A stretch of 64,000 nt of DNA from Myxococcota bacterium (GTDB lineage Bacteria; Myxococcota_A; SURF-8), in assembly GCA_965140415.1 (NCBI GenBank), contig OZ223209.1:3040001-3104000 (forward strand), written 5' to 3'. Position 1 is the first letter of the stretch; each line of letters starts with the position of its first letter. Shown here piece after piece: positions 17,439-28,009 of the stretch. The position numbers and the translations under genes are program-made. The notes under the pieces were generated by a model. It was not told the DNA's origin. It saw only the letters and a program-made list of their open reading frames with translations, and ran no database searches.

Positions 17439-19421
17439 CTACCGACGACGATTGCGAAAAATGGAGAAGTCAAGCCCGTACATACACTGAAAGCGCTTGA
17501 TAAAACCGATTTTCCAGTGACTGGTCAAGTAAGCGCGGCGAAGGTGGCGGGGTTTGAATAAAATGGAACGTTTTACGGGAGTTGCGAAATAGCGGGCGCT
17601 TTCAATTTCATCGAAGGAATCGACATGCTTCAGATCACCCAGCTTTCGACTTTGTAAACAAGTCGGATTTTCAACCAAATCTCGAATCTTGGAAAAAGCC
17701 GTTTCTTTTGAAAGAACGATTTCCGGCAGAAGCTGCTTTGCCTCCAAATAGTCATGGATGAAATCCAGTGCGCCGGCCTGCATCTGTTCTGCATATCGCA
17801 TCTGCTGCGGGATCGTGTTCTTTTCGAAAACCGGTTCGATGCAATCGACTCCTTCACGGTATCCGCACACACTGCCGTGCGGCGCGCTTAAAAGAAATTC
17901 GAACAATGGAACGCATCGCAGAATGTTTTTATGAATATCCTGCGGCAAACTGGCTTCGCAAAGATAGCCGTGCATGTTGTGCCCGCCATGAGAAAGACGC
18001 TTGGCTTCTGCAAACGTGCCCAGGTAATAGCCATTTAGCCATTGTGGACGCTGTACACTTTCTAGCAGTGAAAGTAAGGCATTCTGCATGCTTCCCTGCC
18101 AGCCGATATCCACAATCGCAACCGAACTCGTGTTCCAGAAGCCGGATTCTTCCAAATATCGCACAACGAGTTCACGCTCGCGAGCAACGCTCTGTTCGAT
18201 GCAATCCTTTACGCTGCGCAATAAACCGAGCAATTGCTCGCGATGTTTTACCGGATTCACGATGTCTTCCGCTGATTGAAACCCGGAGGCGAGAATTTCC
18301 GATAGATGCTTGCTCGGGTCCAGGCGCAAGGCTTGCAGATAATGAGAAACAGGCAAGGGTTCCGATTCCGTAACGAACAATTCGAGTTGCTCGTCATTGA
18401 AATCGTGTAAGGCCGCGAATGACAGGGCTTTCCTGGATGCATACAGGTAGCTTGATGGCGGTAGTTCAGGATGCATCGTCCGGTAACATCGATAGACTTT
18501 TTCCAAAATGTAACCGTCACGAGAAAGAAAATACACCTGCTGAATGTTATCAGACAGCAAACGCTTTGCCAGCCACTCGATAAAGCCGATATAAAGAATT
18601 CCGACCGACTCAACTCCCAATCGGTACCAGAATTCCTTTTCGGCATCCAGCACCGGACGTTGGTGATACAACCTTGCGTTTCTAATCCCATACTGTAGGG
18701 AGCGATCCAAAGCGGGCGTTTCGATAGGAACGTTCTCCTGATCGTTTTTTGTCGCCACATCTCGGCAGCGTTGGTAAAAAAAGGCTTTCAGACCATGAGC
18801 TTTGGCGCGCACGACATCGGAGAGTTCGTCATCTCCGATATGCAGAATATGGTTGGGCGATACTTGTAGCCATTCAACCATGCGCTCAAACATGCCACCA
18901 TCGCGTTTGCTGGCACCCAACTCGTTGGAAACAAGTAGAAAATCGTAGCTGTCATAGCCGTTTTCGTGGAGCATCTTTTCCAGTGCCGAAGAGGGCAGGT
19001 ACATATCTGAAGCGAAAACGATTCGTTTCTTTTCGGAACGTGCGAACTGGTAAGCCTCATGCATGCTTGGATTGGCGAAACAACATTGCAGTTCCAAATC
19101 GATTTCCATAGACAGTAAGCGATTGCAGATTTCGGGATTAAGAGATTTCTTCCTGCCGAGCACGTCATAGATTTCTCGTATTGAGACTTCTCTGGAGCCT
19201 CTCAGTTGATAGGCCAGTTCCCGCGCTTCTCGTTCCGCTTGAATGCGCGTGGAGGCAAAATCGAAAGGCAAGGCAATCTTTTGCAAACTTGCTCGTTTTT
19301 CCAATAGCTGAAACACATGATGCGGATGCAGCAGTCGCCTGAAAACCACGGTATCGAAAATGTCGAATGAAACCACTTGTGCATGATGTATGGCACTTCG
19401 TAATTTCTCTTCAATCGGCAT
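17439..19421 (-). CDS. HAD-superfamily hydrolase of the type found in surface-polysaccharide loci
   Basis: VSFDIFDT, ASDMYL, HIGDD, LSRDGY, VDIGWQGSMQ; RBS GAGAGGA before ATG 19421. Confidence 0.8.
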   Translation of the reverse strand: MPIEEKLRSAIHHAQVVSFDIFDTVVFRRLLHPHHVFQLLEKRASLQKIALPFDFASTRIQAEREARELAYQLRGSREVSIREIYDVLGRKKSLNPEICNRLLSMEIDLELQCCFANPSMHEAYQFARSEKKRIVFASDMYLPSSALEKMLHENGYDSYDFLLVSNELGASKRDGGMFERMVEWLQVSPNHILHIGDDELSDVVRAKAHGLKAFFYQRCRDVATKNDQENVPIETPALDRSLQYGIRNARLYHQRPVLDAEKEFWYRLGVESVGILYIGFIEWLAKRLLSDNIQQVYFLSRDGYILEKVYRCYRTMHPELPPSSYLYASRKALSFAALHDFNDEQLELFVTESEPLPVSHYLQALRLDPSKHLSEILASGFQSAEDIVNPVKHREQLLGLLRSVKDCIEQSVARERELVVRYLEESGFWNTSSVAIVDIGWQGSMQNALLSLLESVQRPQWLNGYYLGTFAEAKRLSHGGHNMHGYLCEASLPQDIHKNILRCVPLFEFLLSAPHGSVCGYREGVDCIEPVFEKNTIPQQMRYAEQMQAGALDFIHDYLEAKQLLPEIVLSKETAFSKIRDLVENPTCLQSRKLGDLKHVDSFDEIESARYFATPVKRSILFKPRHLRRAYLTSHWKIGFIKRFQCMYGLDFSIFRNRRR

Positions 19422-19486
19422 GTTACAATTCCTCTCGTTGGAGTGCAGAGTCATTTCTCCCACTCCCGACACATGATGAATGCCGC

Positions 19487-19515
19487 ATCATACGACGCAA
19501 TATGAGCAACGTCAA
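19487..19515 (-). promoter_or_regulatory. Putative sigma70 promoter for the HAD gene
   Basis: TTGACG-N17-TATGAT on minus strand. Confidence 0.6.
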
Positions 19516-19571
19516 TTTTGGTTGAATGTATTGTGCATTGCAGTTTTTAATAATTAATTCGAATAAGGGGG

Positions 19572-19614
19572 TTGACAAACCTCGATCGTGCTACTAATAT
19601 CATAATCGTGCTAA
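19572..19614 (+). promoter_or_regulatory. sigma70 promoter overlapped by a NikR-type direct-repeat operator
   Basis: TTGACA-N17-TAATAT; GTGCTAC-N13-GTGCTAA at 19588-19614 (ATCGTGCTA repeated at 20-bp spacing). Confidence 0.65.
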
Positions 19615-19694
19615 CGCAAAATACTCTTTCTCCTCTTATTTTCCCCGTGCGCAAAACGCTCTGTTGCCATATTGCAACAGGGCGTTTTGACTTT
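19607..19694 (+). ncRNA. Candidate small RNA or leader: CU-rich single-stranded region plus 16-bp terminator-like hairpin
   Basis: Promoter immediately upstream; CTCTTTCTCCTCTTATTTTCCCC; stem 19652-19667/19674-19689 with one U-G pair that works only on the + strand; no credible ORF. Confidence 0.5.
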
Positions 19695-19948
19695 AAGCTG
19701 CCTCTGAAAATAGCTATTCGTCGCGAGAACGCATCTTTTGCGAGACCAGGCGTTTTTCCGCAGTCCGCAGGCATATCCTGTAGATACGTCGAGGATTGAG
19801 AAAAACGATCCGGGCCTAAAAGTAGTGTTCGTTGCAGAATATGGATTTTTAGAGGCAGCCTTAATTACACTTCTATTATTGACCCATCCGTCTCCATTCG
19901 ATACAGTCTCTTCATCGCATCGTATCCATATCGATCAAGCAGGAGAAA

Positions 19949-21175
19949 ATGTCCATGCTCAGCAAGATCTTTAATACCGTGATTTCAGTTCTATTAGTTT
20001 TATCTGCGTTGTCTCTTATTGGCTGTAATGAAGGGGACGAAACGAACGCGAATGGAGACTATGACGGAAATGAAAAGTCAGAAGATTCGCAACCGGACGA
20101 AAACGCCTGTTCTTCCGGTATCATTACGACCGGGTTTGGTTTTTCCTGGCAGAATGTAAACCACCGGATTTCATGGTTGAAGCTTGCACCGACATCCACG
20201 ACGTGCGAATCGGATGACAACGAAAAAACGCTTACGGCGGGCTTCATTGGAGGCGACTGGTCCACCGGCGACATGATGACGGATATTCCAACCGTGCAAT
20301 ACAACTACGAAGATCTGAGTGATTCTGATGTAATCGGTCTTTATAGCGGTTCCGTCGAACTAACGATTAACGCTCCGCAAAACGTGGCAGAAAGTATCGT
20401 TTCAGTAACGCTGGAGGAAGCGAAACTTAGCGGTTTCGATGACTACGTGGTGTTGGTCAATGGCCTGGAGTTGAACACGAATACACCTCAGAGCGATCAA
20501 TATCCGAGTTCCTACCAGCCTGAAATGGGCTACACCAGCCGTGGATTGGGTGCCTGGTGCAGTATTCCTGAAATTTCAAATGGCGAACTAAACTTTACAG
20601 TCGGTTTGCGCTTCGATCACGGCCCCTCGGACAGACCGAACATGAACGAGGCCATTCCCTTCGCTCGCACCGTGGGCGTTCTTCATTATCTTGTCGTGGC
20701 TGTGGAAGACGGACAAATCGATTCCTTCTCCCATCAGTATGAGATGACCTACGACAAACCGGAAGTGATGGTCGACCAGCAACTTGAACATGCAGAACGA
20801 TCGGATCGAACGGTGCAGGTGACTTTGTCTGACGGCTTAACACAAATCCTTCTAGGCTGGCGCAAGTTCAATATGGAACTCGACCCGGATGGAACAGCAG
20901 ACGAGCAGGGAGATGAACCGATCGGATACTATATGCGGGAACTGTCGGTTAATCTCGATCTGTTGTCATACGATGAGCAAACCGGTGATGCGGAGATCGA
21001 TATCGATGGCTATGCCTCCAATTCAACCGGCTTTATCGCTTACTATCCGATGATTCATCGATTCAGTGCGGAAGTCGCTGCCATCCAGCTTCCTCGTGAC
21101 ATCTCGGAATCGCACCAGGTTGAAAAAAGCTTCCAGACCGGGGAAACGACCATTGAACTAAAAGGAGATGAATAA
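19949..21175 (+). CDS. Hypothetical lipoprotein
   Basis: AGGAG RBS; lipobox LIG-C; short acidic linker. Confidence 0.75.
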   Translation: MSMLSKIFNTVISVLLVLSALSLIGCNEGDETNANGDYDGNEKSEDSQPDENACSSGIITTGFGFSWQNVNHRISWLKLAPTSTTCESDDNEKTLTAGFIGGDWSTGDMMTDIPTVQYNYEDLSDSDVIGLYSGSVELTINAPQNVAESIVSVTLEEAKLSGFDDYVVLVNGLELNTNTPQSDQYPSSYQPEMGYTSRGLGAWCSIPEISNGELNFTVGLRFDHGPSDRPNMNEAIPFARTVGVLHYLVVAVEDGQIDSFSHQYEMTYDKPEVMVDQQLEHAERSDRTVQVTLSDGLTQILLGWRKFNMELDPDGTADEQGDEPIGYYMRELSVNLDLLSYDEQTGDAEIDIDGYASNSTGFIAYYPMIHRFSAEVAAIQLPRDISESHQVEKSFQTGETTIELKGDE

Positions 21176-21801
21176 TGAGTCTCCTTCCCGTTCGAGCCCA
21201 ACTCGCCAGTTCTTCAGCTGGAATCGTTGCGCTGACAAGGCGACTGGGGTATCGTCGGGCCTTGGCGGCCTCGATGGCGACTCTTCCTGTAGTTTTGGGA
21301 AAAGATCCTTTTTCGGTTCTTGGAAAAGCCGCTACCGCGCGGGAGAAGGCCAGTCGAAAACAGATCGCTCCCGCCATTGCGTTGTATGGGTATTTGAAGA
21401 ACAGGGTAGGGCAACAGGACGCTCTTGATTGCATGAAAGATGTGATCGTCTCGGCAACCTTGGCATTTCTTTCTTATACCATAGGGGAAATCCCGGTGCA
21501 GCGTTATCTAAGTAGTGATGAATCCGGCAGGCGTGACATGCTCGAACGGATTGCGGATCGTTTTTTCAATGCCGACAGCCAGATCGTCGGAGTAAGCGAC
21601 CGAGAGTTTTCCATGCATGTTTCGCGCTGCGATTTTCCCAGGCTTTGTCGTTCTGTTGGAATGGAAGAGTTGGCTCCCTTGTTTTGCGTAGGTGATATGG
21701 CTTATTTCAATCGTACTGAGAGTGTCGTTCGATTGCAGCGAGAAACGACCATCGCCGAAGGAGGGGATTGTTGCCCCTTCGTTTTTACCATGAAGGATTA
21801 A
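21175..21801 (+). CDS. ATC (2-amino-thiazoline-4-carboxylate) hydrolase-family protein
   Basis: VSRCDF..GMEELAPLFCVGD..LQRETTIAEGGDCCPF; TAATG coupling with upstream gene. Confidence 0.8.
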   Translation: MSLLPVRAQLASSSAGIVALTRRLGYRRALAASMATLPVVLGKDPFSVLGKAATAREKASRKQIAPAIALYGYLKNRVGQQDALDCMKDVIVSATLAFLSYTIGEIPVQRYLSSDESGRRDMLERIADRFFNADSQIVGVSDREFSMHVSRCDFPRLCRSVGMEELAPLFCVGDMAYFNRTESVVRLQRETTIAEGGDCCPFVFTMKD

Positions 21802-21808
21802 GTTCACG

Positions 21809-22735
21809 ATGATAATGCAGCAGTGGGAACAGGAACATTCGAGTACTGTATTTAGTTATGAGCGGAAAGAACTGAATCTGCATGGTTCCACGTTTTCTTA
21901 TCTCGACTGGGCCAGCCCGCGTAAACGACCGCCTCTTCTTCTGTTCAGCCACGCCAATGGAATGAATGCCTTGACGTACCGCCGCTTGTTGGAGCCGCTA
22001 GCCGATGAAATCGCACCGATTGCTTGGGATTTTCGTGGCCAGGGTTTCAGTTTTGGAAGGCAAGGGCAGCAATTGAACGGCTGGGAAGATTACGCCCGGG
22101 ATATGATCGATTTTCTCGAAACCTTACCTACACCGATCGTTTTAGCGGGACATTCATTAGGCGGCGTAACCAGTCTGATCGTCGCACACATGAGGCCGGA
22201 TCTGGTCAAGGGTCTGGTGCTGATCGATCCCGTCATTTTCCCGCCTTCCTTGCTTGTAATTTTCAAACTATTGAGATTATTCAATATCCACGACCGTTTC
22301 CCCATTGCCGTGCGAGCATCGAAGCGACAGGCAATCTGGGAAAGCCCTGAGCAACTGTTTAATTCCTATCATGGACGAGGTGCTTTCAAGACCTGGCCGG
22401 ATGAAATCTTGCGGGATTATTTGTCAGGCGGAGTTTTTGAAAGAGAAGACGGCAAGGTTGAATTGTGTTGTTCCCCGGCCTGGGAGGCAAGAACATTCAG
22501 TTTTACGCCGACGAAGCCCTGGAAATGGGTGAAACAACTAAAAATGCCTCTAACTGTCGTGTACGGTAACGAATCGAATGCCTTTTTAAAACCTGCTGCG
22601 GATCGCATCAAGCGCTTGCAACCCAATGCGAAAATGATTGGCGTCGATTCCGCTACACACTTCGTTGCGATGGAAGAACCGGAAATCACACGCGAAGCTA
22701 TTCGTAACATGTGTTTAGCATTAAACAATATCTAA
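21809..22735 (+). CDS. Alpha/beta-fold hydrolase
   Basis: HANG, DFRGQG, GHSLGG, C-terminal THF His. Confidence 0.9.
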   Translation: MIMQQWEQEHSSTVFSYERKELNLHGSTFSYLDWASPRKRPPLLLFSHANGMNALTYRRLLEPLADEIAPIAWDFRGQGFSFGRQGQQLNGWEDYARDMIDFLETLPTPIVLAGHSLGGVTSLIVAHMRPDLVKGLVLIDPVIFPPSLLVIFKLLRLFNIHDRFPIAVRASKRQAIWESPEQLFNSYHGRGAFKTWPDEILRDYLSGGVFEREDGKVELCCSPAWEARTFSFTPTKPWKWVKQLKMPLTVVYGNESNAFLKPAADRIKRLQPNAKMIGVDSATHFVAMEEPEITREAIRNMCLALNNI

Positions 22736-22906
22736 CTTACCAATAATACTTGATAATAATTCAAAGTACAAACATGGACCACCTCCAGGTCTACCCATCA
22801 TTTTTTGTCCCCTGTGCTTCTATATATTCTGAATAGGCAAATTGGAATTTGTTTTTGATATTTTTCATCTTTGTGTTAGGGTTTCGTTAGGGGCTGAAAT
22901 CTGATT

Positions 22907-25900
22907 ATGGAGATGAGAGTGAATACTGCACTTTTGGGGTCTCTTTTCCAGCGATTGTTCATCATCTTGTTTTTGCTTCTCTTGGGGGTGTCAGGCTCGG
23001 CAAACGCGGAAACACCGGTTTATCGAATCTACGATGTAAGAGATGGCTTTAATGCTCACATTTACAATGTCGTACAAGATAAAGACGGTGTAATCTGGTT
23101 GAGTCAGGATGGCGGTGGCATTCTTGCCTTCAGTAGCTTAGGGACCAAGCACTTTACAACTCGCGAAGGATTACCTTCAAATTCCAACAACAATATCATT
23201 TACTCAAAAAATGGTCGCTTATGGGTTTCCATGTCCGATGGCCCCCCGATATGGCAAGAAAGTGACAGTACCAAGGGGTGGACGGCAACTTCCGGGCATG
23301 GATTTCTTGGTTCCAATTACATCATGGAAACCATATCCGGCGACATCCTGATCGCCACAAAAAACGGTGTACTGGTTTTAAAGGACAACGAATGGAAGCC
23401 CTGGAAAGTCTTCGACGAAGAGTACCACCGGTTCACCTTTTTATTTCAGGATTCCAGGGGATTGATTTTCGGAGTAGAGAACCAGGGCATTTTGTGGCAA
23501 CTTCATCCGGGAGAACCGAAACGACTATTTAGTGACGATCAGAATTTCGAACGCCAGATGCGGTTGTTCGAAGATGGAAATGGGCGAATCCTCGTTACTG
23601 GCCATTCACAAGGTTTGAAAGAGCTGACATTCACCGGGGAACTGGTCGAGGCACAACCTGAAGCTTCCCAGCTTCCAAGTGACATGGTTATCAATACGGT
23701 TCATGCAAGCCGAAACGGTGACTTGTTCCTCGGTAGCTGGGGATCCGGAGTCTTACTATTCAAGAACGGGAAATTGATCCAAAAACTGGATAAGCGCTAT
23801 GGGCTACCGTCGGTTCACATTGAATCGATCTTCGAAGATCGCGAAGGCAATCTGTTCATTACCGGAATCGGCGGCGGATTATACGTAATGATCAATTCCG
23901 AAAAAAGCCAGTTTCGAAACATTACCCACTCCGACGGCTTAATGGGTGACATTGTTTGGGGAAGCCTGCGTGACAGCACAGGCTCGCTTAAAGTGTTGTC
24001 ACATGGGAATTTGTTAACGACTTTTGATAAGAATCACACAACCAGTCAACTCGATTTAAAGAAAATCGGCATTGGTGGCACGATGCTTGGATTGCGTCAA
24101 TTCGAACCCGATTCGTTCTGGGTATATGGAATCGGTGGTGCATTTCAGTTGAATCGGGAGAACAAGCTCATTCACCATCTGGCACCCTGCGAAGGCTTTA
24201 TTTCGCAAAACATTCGATGCTTACATCAAACACAAGACAAATCATTGTACCTATGCACTTCCGATCACGGATTGGTGAAAGTTAGTGAAGATGGCACAAC
24301 CCGATCTTTCAGTCGTGAGACCGGATTTACAGACTCCGTTTTAGCCTTGACGCCAATTTCCGACGGTCGCTTTGCATTGGCGACCGATAACGGAATTGGC
24401 TTTTTAGACCCAAGCACCGGCAAAACGACATTGATTGATCGCTACAAAAATTTAGCGGTCAATGGGTTGTCTGATGTTGCACAAGATACGGAAGGAAGAA
24501 TATGGTTCGCCTCATCTCGTGGTGTTTTTCGTTATGAAGACGGGAAAATTCACCTGTTCACTACGAGAGATGGTCTTCCAAACGACAATGTATACTTGGT
24601 TGTTTCTGATCTGTTAGGAGCGATCTGGGTTGGTACTGCCAACGGAGTCGCTCGCATCAGCGCTAACGATTCGGTTAGCGAGTTCGGCTTCGACGATGGC
24701 ATGATCAATCCTGAAACCAATGGCAATTCAGGCTATCTGGATCGAGATGGCACGATTTGGTTCGGTACGCCAACCGGATTGTCAGGTATTCAACCCGCCA
24801 ATTTGCGTATTGATTCGGAACCTCCCAATATTATCGTGTTTGATATTCAGGTAAATGACCGTCAACCGGAGAATTTCTCTCGTTACGTTCTACCGAATCA
24901 GCCCTATCAACTTGAATTACCTCACGACAAAAACAACATTACGATCAGCCTGACAAGCATCGATATCGCCCGGCCCGATAGTTTGCGTTTCCAGACTCGG
25001 CTTGTTGGCGCAGATGTGAACTGGTCCACGCCGAGTAGTATGCGATTCATTCAATACCGCAGCCTGCCTCCTGGAGATTATCGTTTTGAAGCAAAGGCAT
25101 GCAAGGTAGATGGTATTTGCACCACAAAGCCAGCACAAATTCATATTGCGATCATTCCTCCTTTTCACGACACGCTGGTCTTTAAGATTTCTTTTGCGGT
25201 CTTTCTTCTTGGACTGGCTTTCGTGTTGTATCGCTTGCGGGTTAGAGCACTGCTTCATAGAAGGCAGCAATTGGAAAAGGCCGTCGAAGATCGAACTCGT
25301 GAAGTGCGCGAAATGAGCCTGCGGGACTCTTTAACCAACCTGCGTAATCGCCGGTATATCCACGAATCCATGGTCGATCGTTTCCAAATAAGCTCATCGC
25401 ACCTACAGAATAATCGACGCATGTCCAAAACCACGTTCGGTTTGCTTATGGTGGATATCGATCTATTCAAGCATGTAAACGATAGCTACGGCCATGATTC
25501 GGGTGACATGGTGCTACGTCAATTCGCAGGTTTATTGGAAGAGAGCGTTCGTCACGAAGATATTGTTTGTCGTTGGGGCGGAGAAGAGTTTCTGCTGGTT
25601 CTATCCAACCCAAATATGGCTATATTGAAAATGTTGGCCGAGCGTATACGGCAGCGCGTCGAACGTCATTCCTTCGATATAACCGGAAATCGAACCATCC
25701 ACTTGACCTGCTCGCTGGGCGTTGTCATGATGCCGTTTTTGCGCGACCCGGTGGATGGAGATTGTTGCTGGGAAAGTGTACGTATGCTTGCGGATCAAGC
25801 CCTGTACCGTGCAAAAGCTTTGGGGCGCAATCGCTGGTGCTTGCTTCAGGAAGGCAGCAATACTCCGAAAAAGAATGGTATTGAAAGAATGTTGACCGAT

Positions 25901-25981
25901 CTGGATTGGGCCATTAAGCAGAAATACGTCAAGACGATCGACTCTGATATGGAGAACGAATCCTCTTCCAAAAACACGTGA
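22907..25981 (+). CDS. Diguanylate cyclase with periplasmic beta-propeller sensor and Y_Y_Y domain
   Basis: Signal peptide; propeller repeats; YRSLPPGDYRFE; TM helix; DSLTNLRNRR, DIDLFKHVND, RWGGEEF. Confidence 0.92.
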   Translation: MEMRVNTALLGSLFQRLFIILFLLLLGVSGSANAETPVYRIYDVRDGFNAHIYNVVQDKDGVIWLSQDGGGILAFSSLGTKHFTTREGLPSNSNNNIIYSKNGRLWVSMSDGPPIWQESDSTKGWTATSGHGFLGSNYIMETISGDILIATKNGVLVLKDNEWKPWKVFDEEYHRFTFLFQDSRGLIFGVENQGILWQLHPGEPKRLFSDDQNFERQMRLFEDGNGRILVTGHSQGLKELTFTGELVEAQPEASQLPSDMVINTVHASRNGDLFLGSWGSGVLLFKNGKLIQKLDKRYGLPSVHIESIFEDREGNLFITGIGGGLYVMINSEKSQFRNITHSDGLMGDIVWGSLRDSTGSLKVLSHGNLLTTFDKNHTTSQLDLKKIGIGGTMLGLRQFEPDSFWVYGIGGAFQLNRENKLIHHLAPCEGFISQNIRCLHQTQDKSLYLCTSDHGLVKVSEDGTTRSFSRETGFTDSVLALTPISDGRFALATDNGIGFLDPSTGKTTLIDRYKNLAVNGLSDVAQDTEGRIWFASSRGVFRYEDGKIHLFTTRDGLPNDNVYLVVSDLLGAIWVGTANGVARISANDSVSEFGFDDGMINPETNGNSGYLDRDGTIWFGTPTGLSGIQPANLRIDSEPPNIIVFDIQVNDRQPENFSRYVLPNQPYQLELPHDKNNITISLTSIDIARPDSLRFQTRLVGADVNWSTPSSMRFIQYRSLPPGDYRFEAKACKVDGICTTKPAQIHIAIIPPFHDTLVFKISFAVFLLGLAFVLYRLRVRALLHRRQQLEKAVEDRTREVREMSLRDSLTNLRNRRYIHESMVDRFQISSSHLQNNRRMSKTTFGLLMVDIDLFKHVNDSYGHDSGDMVLRQFAGLLEESVRHEDIVCRWGGEEFLLVLSNPNMAILKMLAERIRQRVERHSFDITGNRTIHLTCSLGVVMMPFLRDPVDGDCCWESVRMLADQALYRAKALGRNRWCLLQEGSNTPKKNGIERMLTDLDWAIKQKYVKTIDSDMENESSSKNT

Positions 25982-25984
25982 AGC

Positions 25985-27580
25985 TTACTTCGTTTTGACT
26001 TTTACAACATCCGGAGAGAATGCGTTTTCAAACCAGTTCGGATGAGGATCTTTCTGATGGAATATTTTCCGCAGAAAATTCAGCGTATAGCTCTGGGTAA
26101 TGACGAACTGATCTTTTCTGGCGATCTTTGGATCTCCATCGTTTTTTGAAATGTCCCAATTCCGGCTGTCCGTAAACTGGCTGTGATTCCCACCGATGAT
26201 GTGGACATGCGTGGATGGTGGAGGCTGTGAATGCCATAAAGCTTCAGAAATGTTGTTTATTGCCTGGGTGTCTTCACTCGCCGTAATGAAAAGGGAAGGC
26301 AGGTGATTGACCAGTTCATGATTGACAGGCGCGATAAACACGTATCCATCAACAGGCAAATCTTCCGCCCGTAAGATGTCTTCTATACGCTCACTTCCTC
26401 TTGAATGGCCGATAAGTGCCACATGAGGCATCGTGAGTCCCTGTAACGGTGGAAACCATTTGCCGGGAGAATTCAGTCCCGTTTTGATCGTGCTCACCAG
26501 TTCTGTTACATCCTTGGTTTCAGGAGCAACAACGAAATATCCCCAGCTTGCCAAATGTTGAGATAAAAACTGGTAGTTGGTATTTGTCGCACCATCGCCA
26601 TGAAGAACGAAGACAAGAGGGAAAGGCCCGTCATCTGGCTCGGTTCGCATGCCACCACAAATAGCGGGATAATAAATACGATGGTGACCGAAGGGGACGT
26701 GACTGTCCACGTGTCCCACAGCGTGCGGGCCGATGCTAAAGGGATTCGTCCCATTAACTGCGGTTGCAACCGGTGCTTTCTCATCGCATGATTGCACGTT
26801 ATCAGGGTCCGTAATGATTGTTAACGGCTCCTGGAAATGGTGTTCATATCCTAACACCGGCAGGCTTATCGTCACCGTTCCTTTCACTCCAGCAGGGAGA
26901 TCGAAAGCAATGCGATTCGAATCGGCATTGTCATTGAAACCCAAAGCCATTTGCTTTCCACCAACATAAACTTCCGTCAGCAGTTTATTGCTTTTAGTCG
27001 AAACCCATTCGTCGCCATTGTATTGCTGGCGATATTCGCTGGAAGAGAAATACAAACCATTGCCCTCGATGATGATTCGATCACCAGCGGCAGCAACGGT
27101 AGGACTATAGAAGTAAGGTTCGAAATCCAGTGCATTTGCCTTTAATGGGCGACGTTCACAAATGCCCGATGATAGGTTGCAAGCATATGGGAATGGACAG
27201 GACGGTTGATCTTGACAAGGATGATCGGAAATCAAAAAGGCAGGAAAATGTTTTCTTTCTTTCAGAGGAGTGGGTTTAAGAACCTCTTCCATGTTTCGGT
27301 CAACTGCAACTTGACTGACAGACTCAGACTCCTTCGATACCGCCTTTTTGGACAAGACGTTTCGTTTGATACAAACCCCAGCAGAACTACACGCGTAGTT
27401 GATCGCGCACTCCTTGTCGGTTTTGCATGTTTGGCTCTGTTGTGAGCCACAGCCTTTCAAAATGAACAAAGAGGAGGCGAGCAGGATGAAAACCAACAAC
27501 AACAAACGGAAAGGCTTACGCCATGCCGCCTCTGTTTCCTTCCAGGACCAAGGTGAGGAACTACGCTGAAACAACATCAC
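25985..27580 (-). CDS. Secreted/lipoprotein alpha/beta hydrolase (chlorophyllase/cutinase-like) with Cys-rich modules and IPT/TIG-like domain; start uncertain
   Basis: LKG-C; HLASWGYFVVAP, GHSRG, GGNHSQF. Confidence 0.75.
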   Translation of the reverse strand: MMLFQRSSSPWSWKETEAAWRKPFRLLLLVFILLASSLFILKGCGSQQSQTCKTDKECAINYACSSAGVCIKRNVLSKKAVSKESESVSQVAVDRNMEEVLKPTPLKERKHFPAFLISDHPCQDQPSCPFPYACNLSSGICERRPLKANALDFEPYFYSPTVAAAGDRIIIEGNGLYFSSSEYRQQYNGDEWVSTKSNKLLTEVYVGGKQMALGFNDNADSNRIAFDLPAGVKGTVTISLPVLGYEHHFQEPLTIITDPDNVQSCDEKAPVATAVNGTNPFSIGPHAVGHVDSHVPFGHHRIYYPAICGGMRTEPDDGPFPLVFVLHGDGATNTNYQFLSQHLASWGYFVVAPETKDVTELVSTIKTGLNSPGKWFPPLQGLTMPHVALIGHSRGSERIEDILRAEDLPVDGYVFIAPVNHELVNHLPSLFITASEDTQAINNISEALWHSQPPPSTHVHIIGGNHSQFTDSRNWDISKNDGDPKIARKDQFVITQSYTLNFLRKIFHQKDPHPNWFENAFSPDVVKVKTK

Positions 27581-28009
27581 TACTACTCTACTTCACCTTC
27601 GTGGACCGCTGATGCATGCGATCACATTTAAAACGCTTACCGAAACACAAAAACTGCCAGTGAATCGGACTTGCCCTTTACTGCCAATTCGACAATCAAC
27701 GTTCTTTCATCTGGAAGGTGGACGTCCTGCTCATATCGTCGATGCATAGATGTAAAGTACTACGTATCGTGTGAGAACTACAAAAGGACTGGCCACTGCT
27801 TCATTCCTACTTCACTACTTTCAAAGCACTCGCTAAGGATATCCCTTTACTTAAGCCAGAATACGGTATGAAGATGGGCTACTGCTTAATCGGTGAGAAA
27901 TTGCTTTTTTTCCTAACCCATCCTATGGGTATCATCTGTATTAATGCCTGAAATGTCAAGTTAGAAATCGCTAGTTTGACAAAAAAAGCTGGTTGCCAAC
28001 TTGCCGTTT

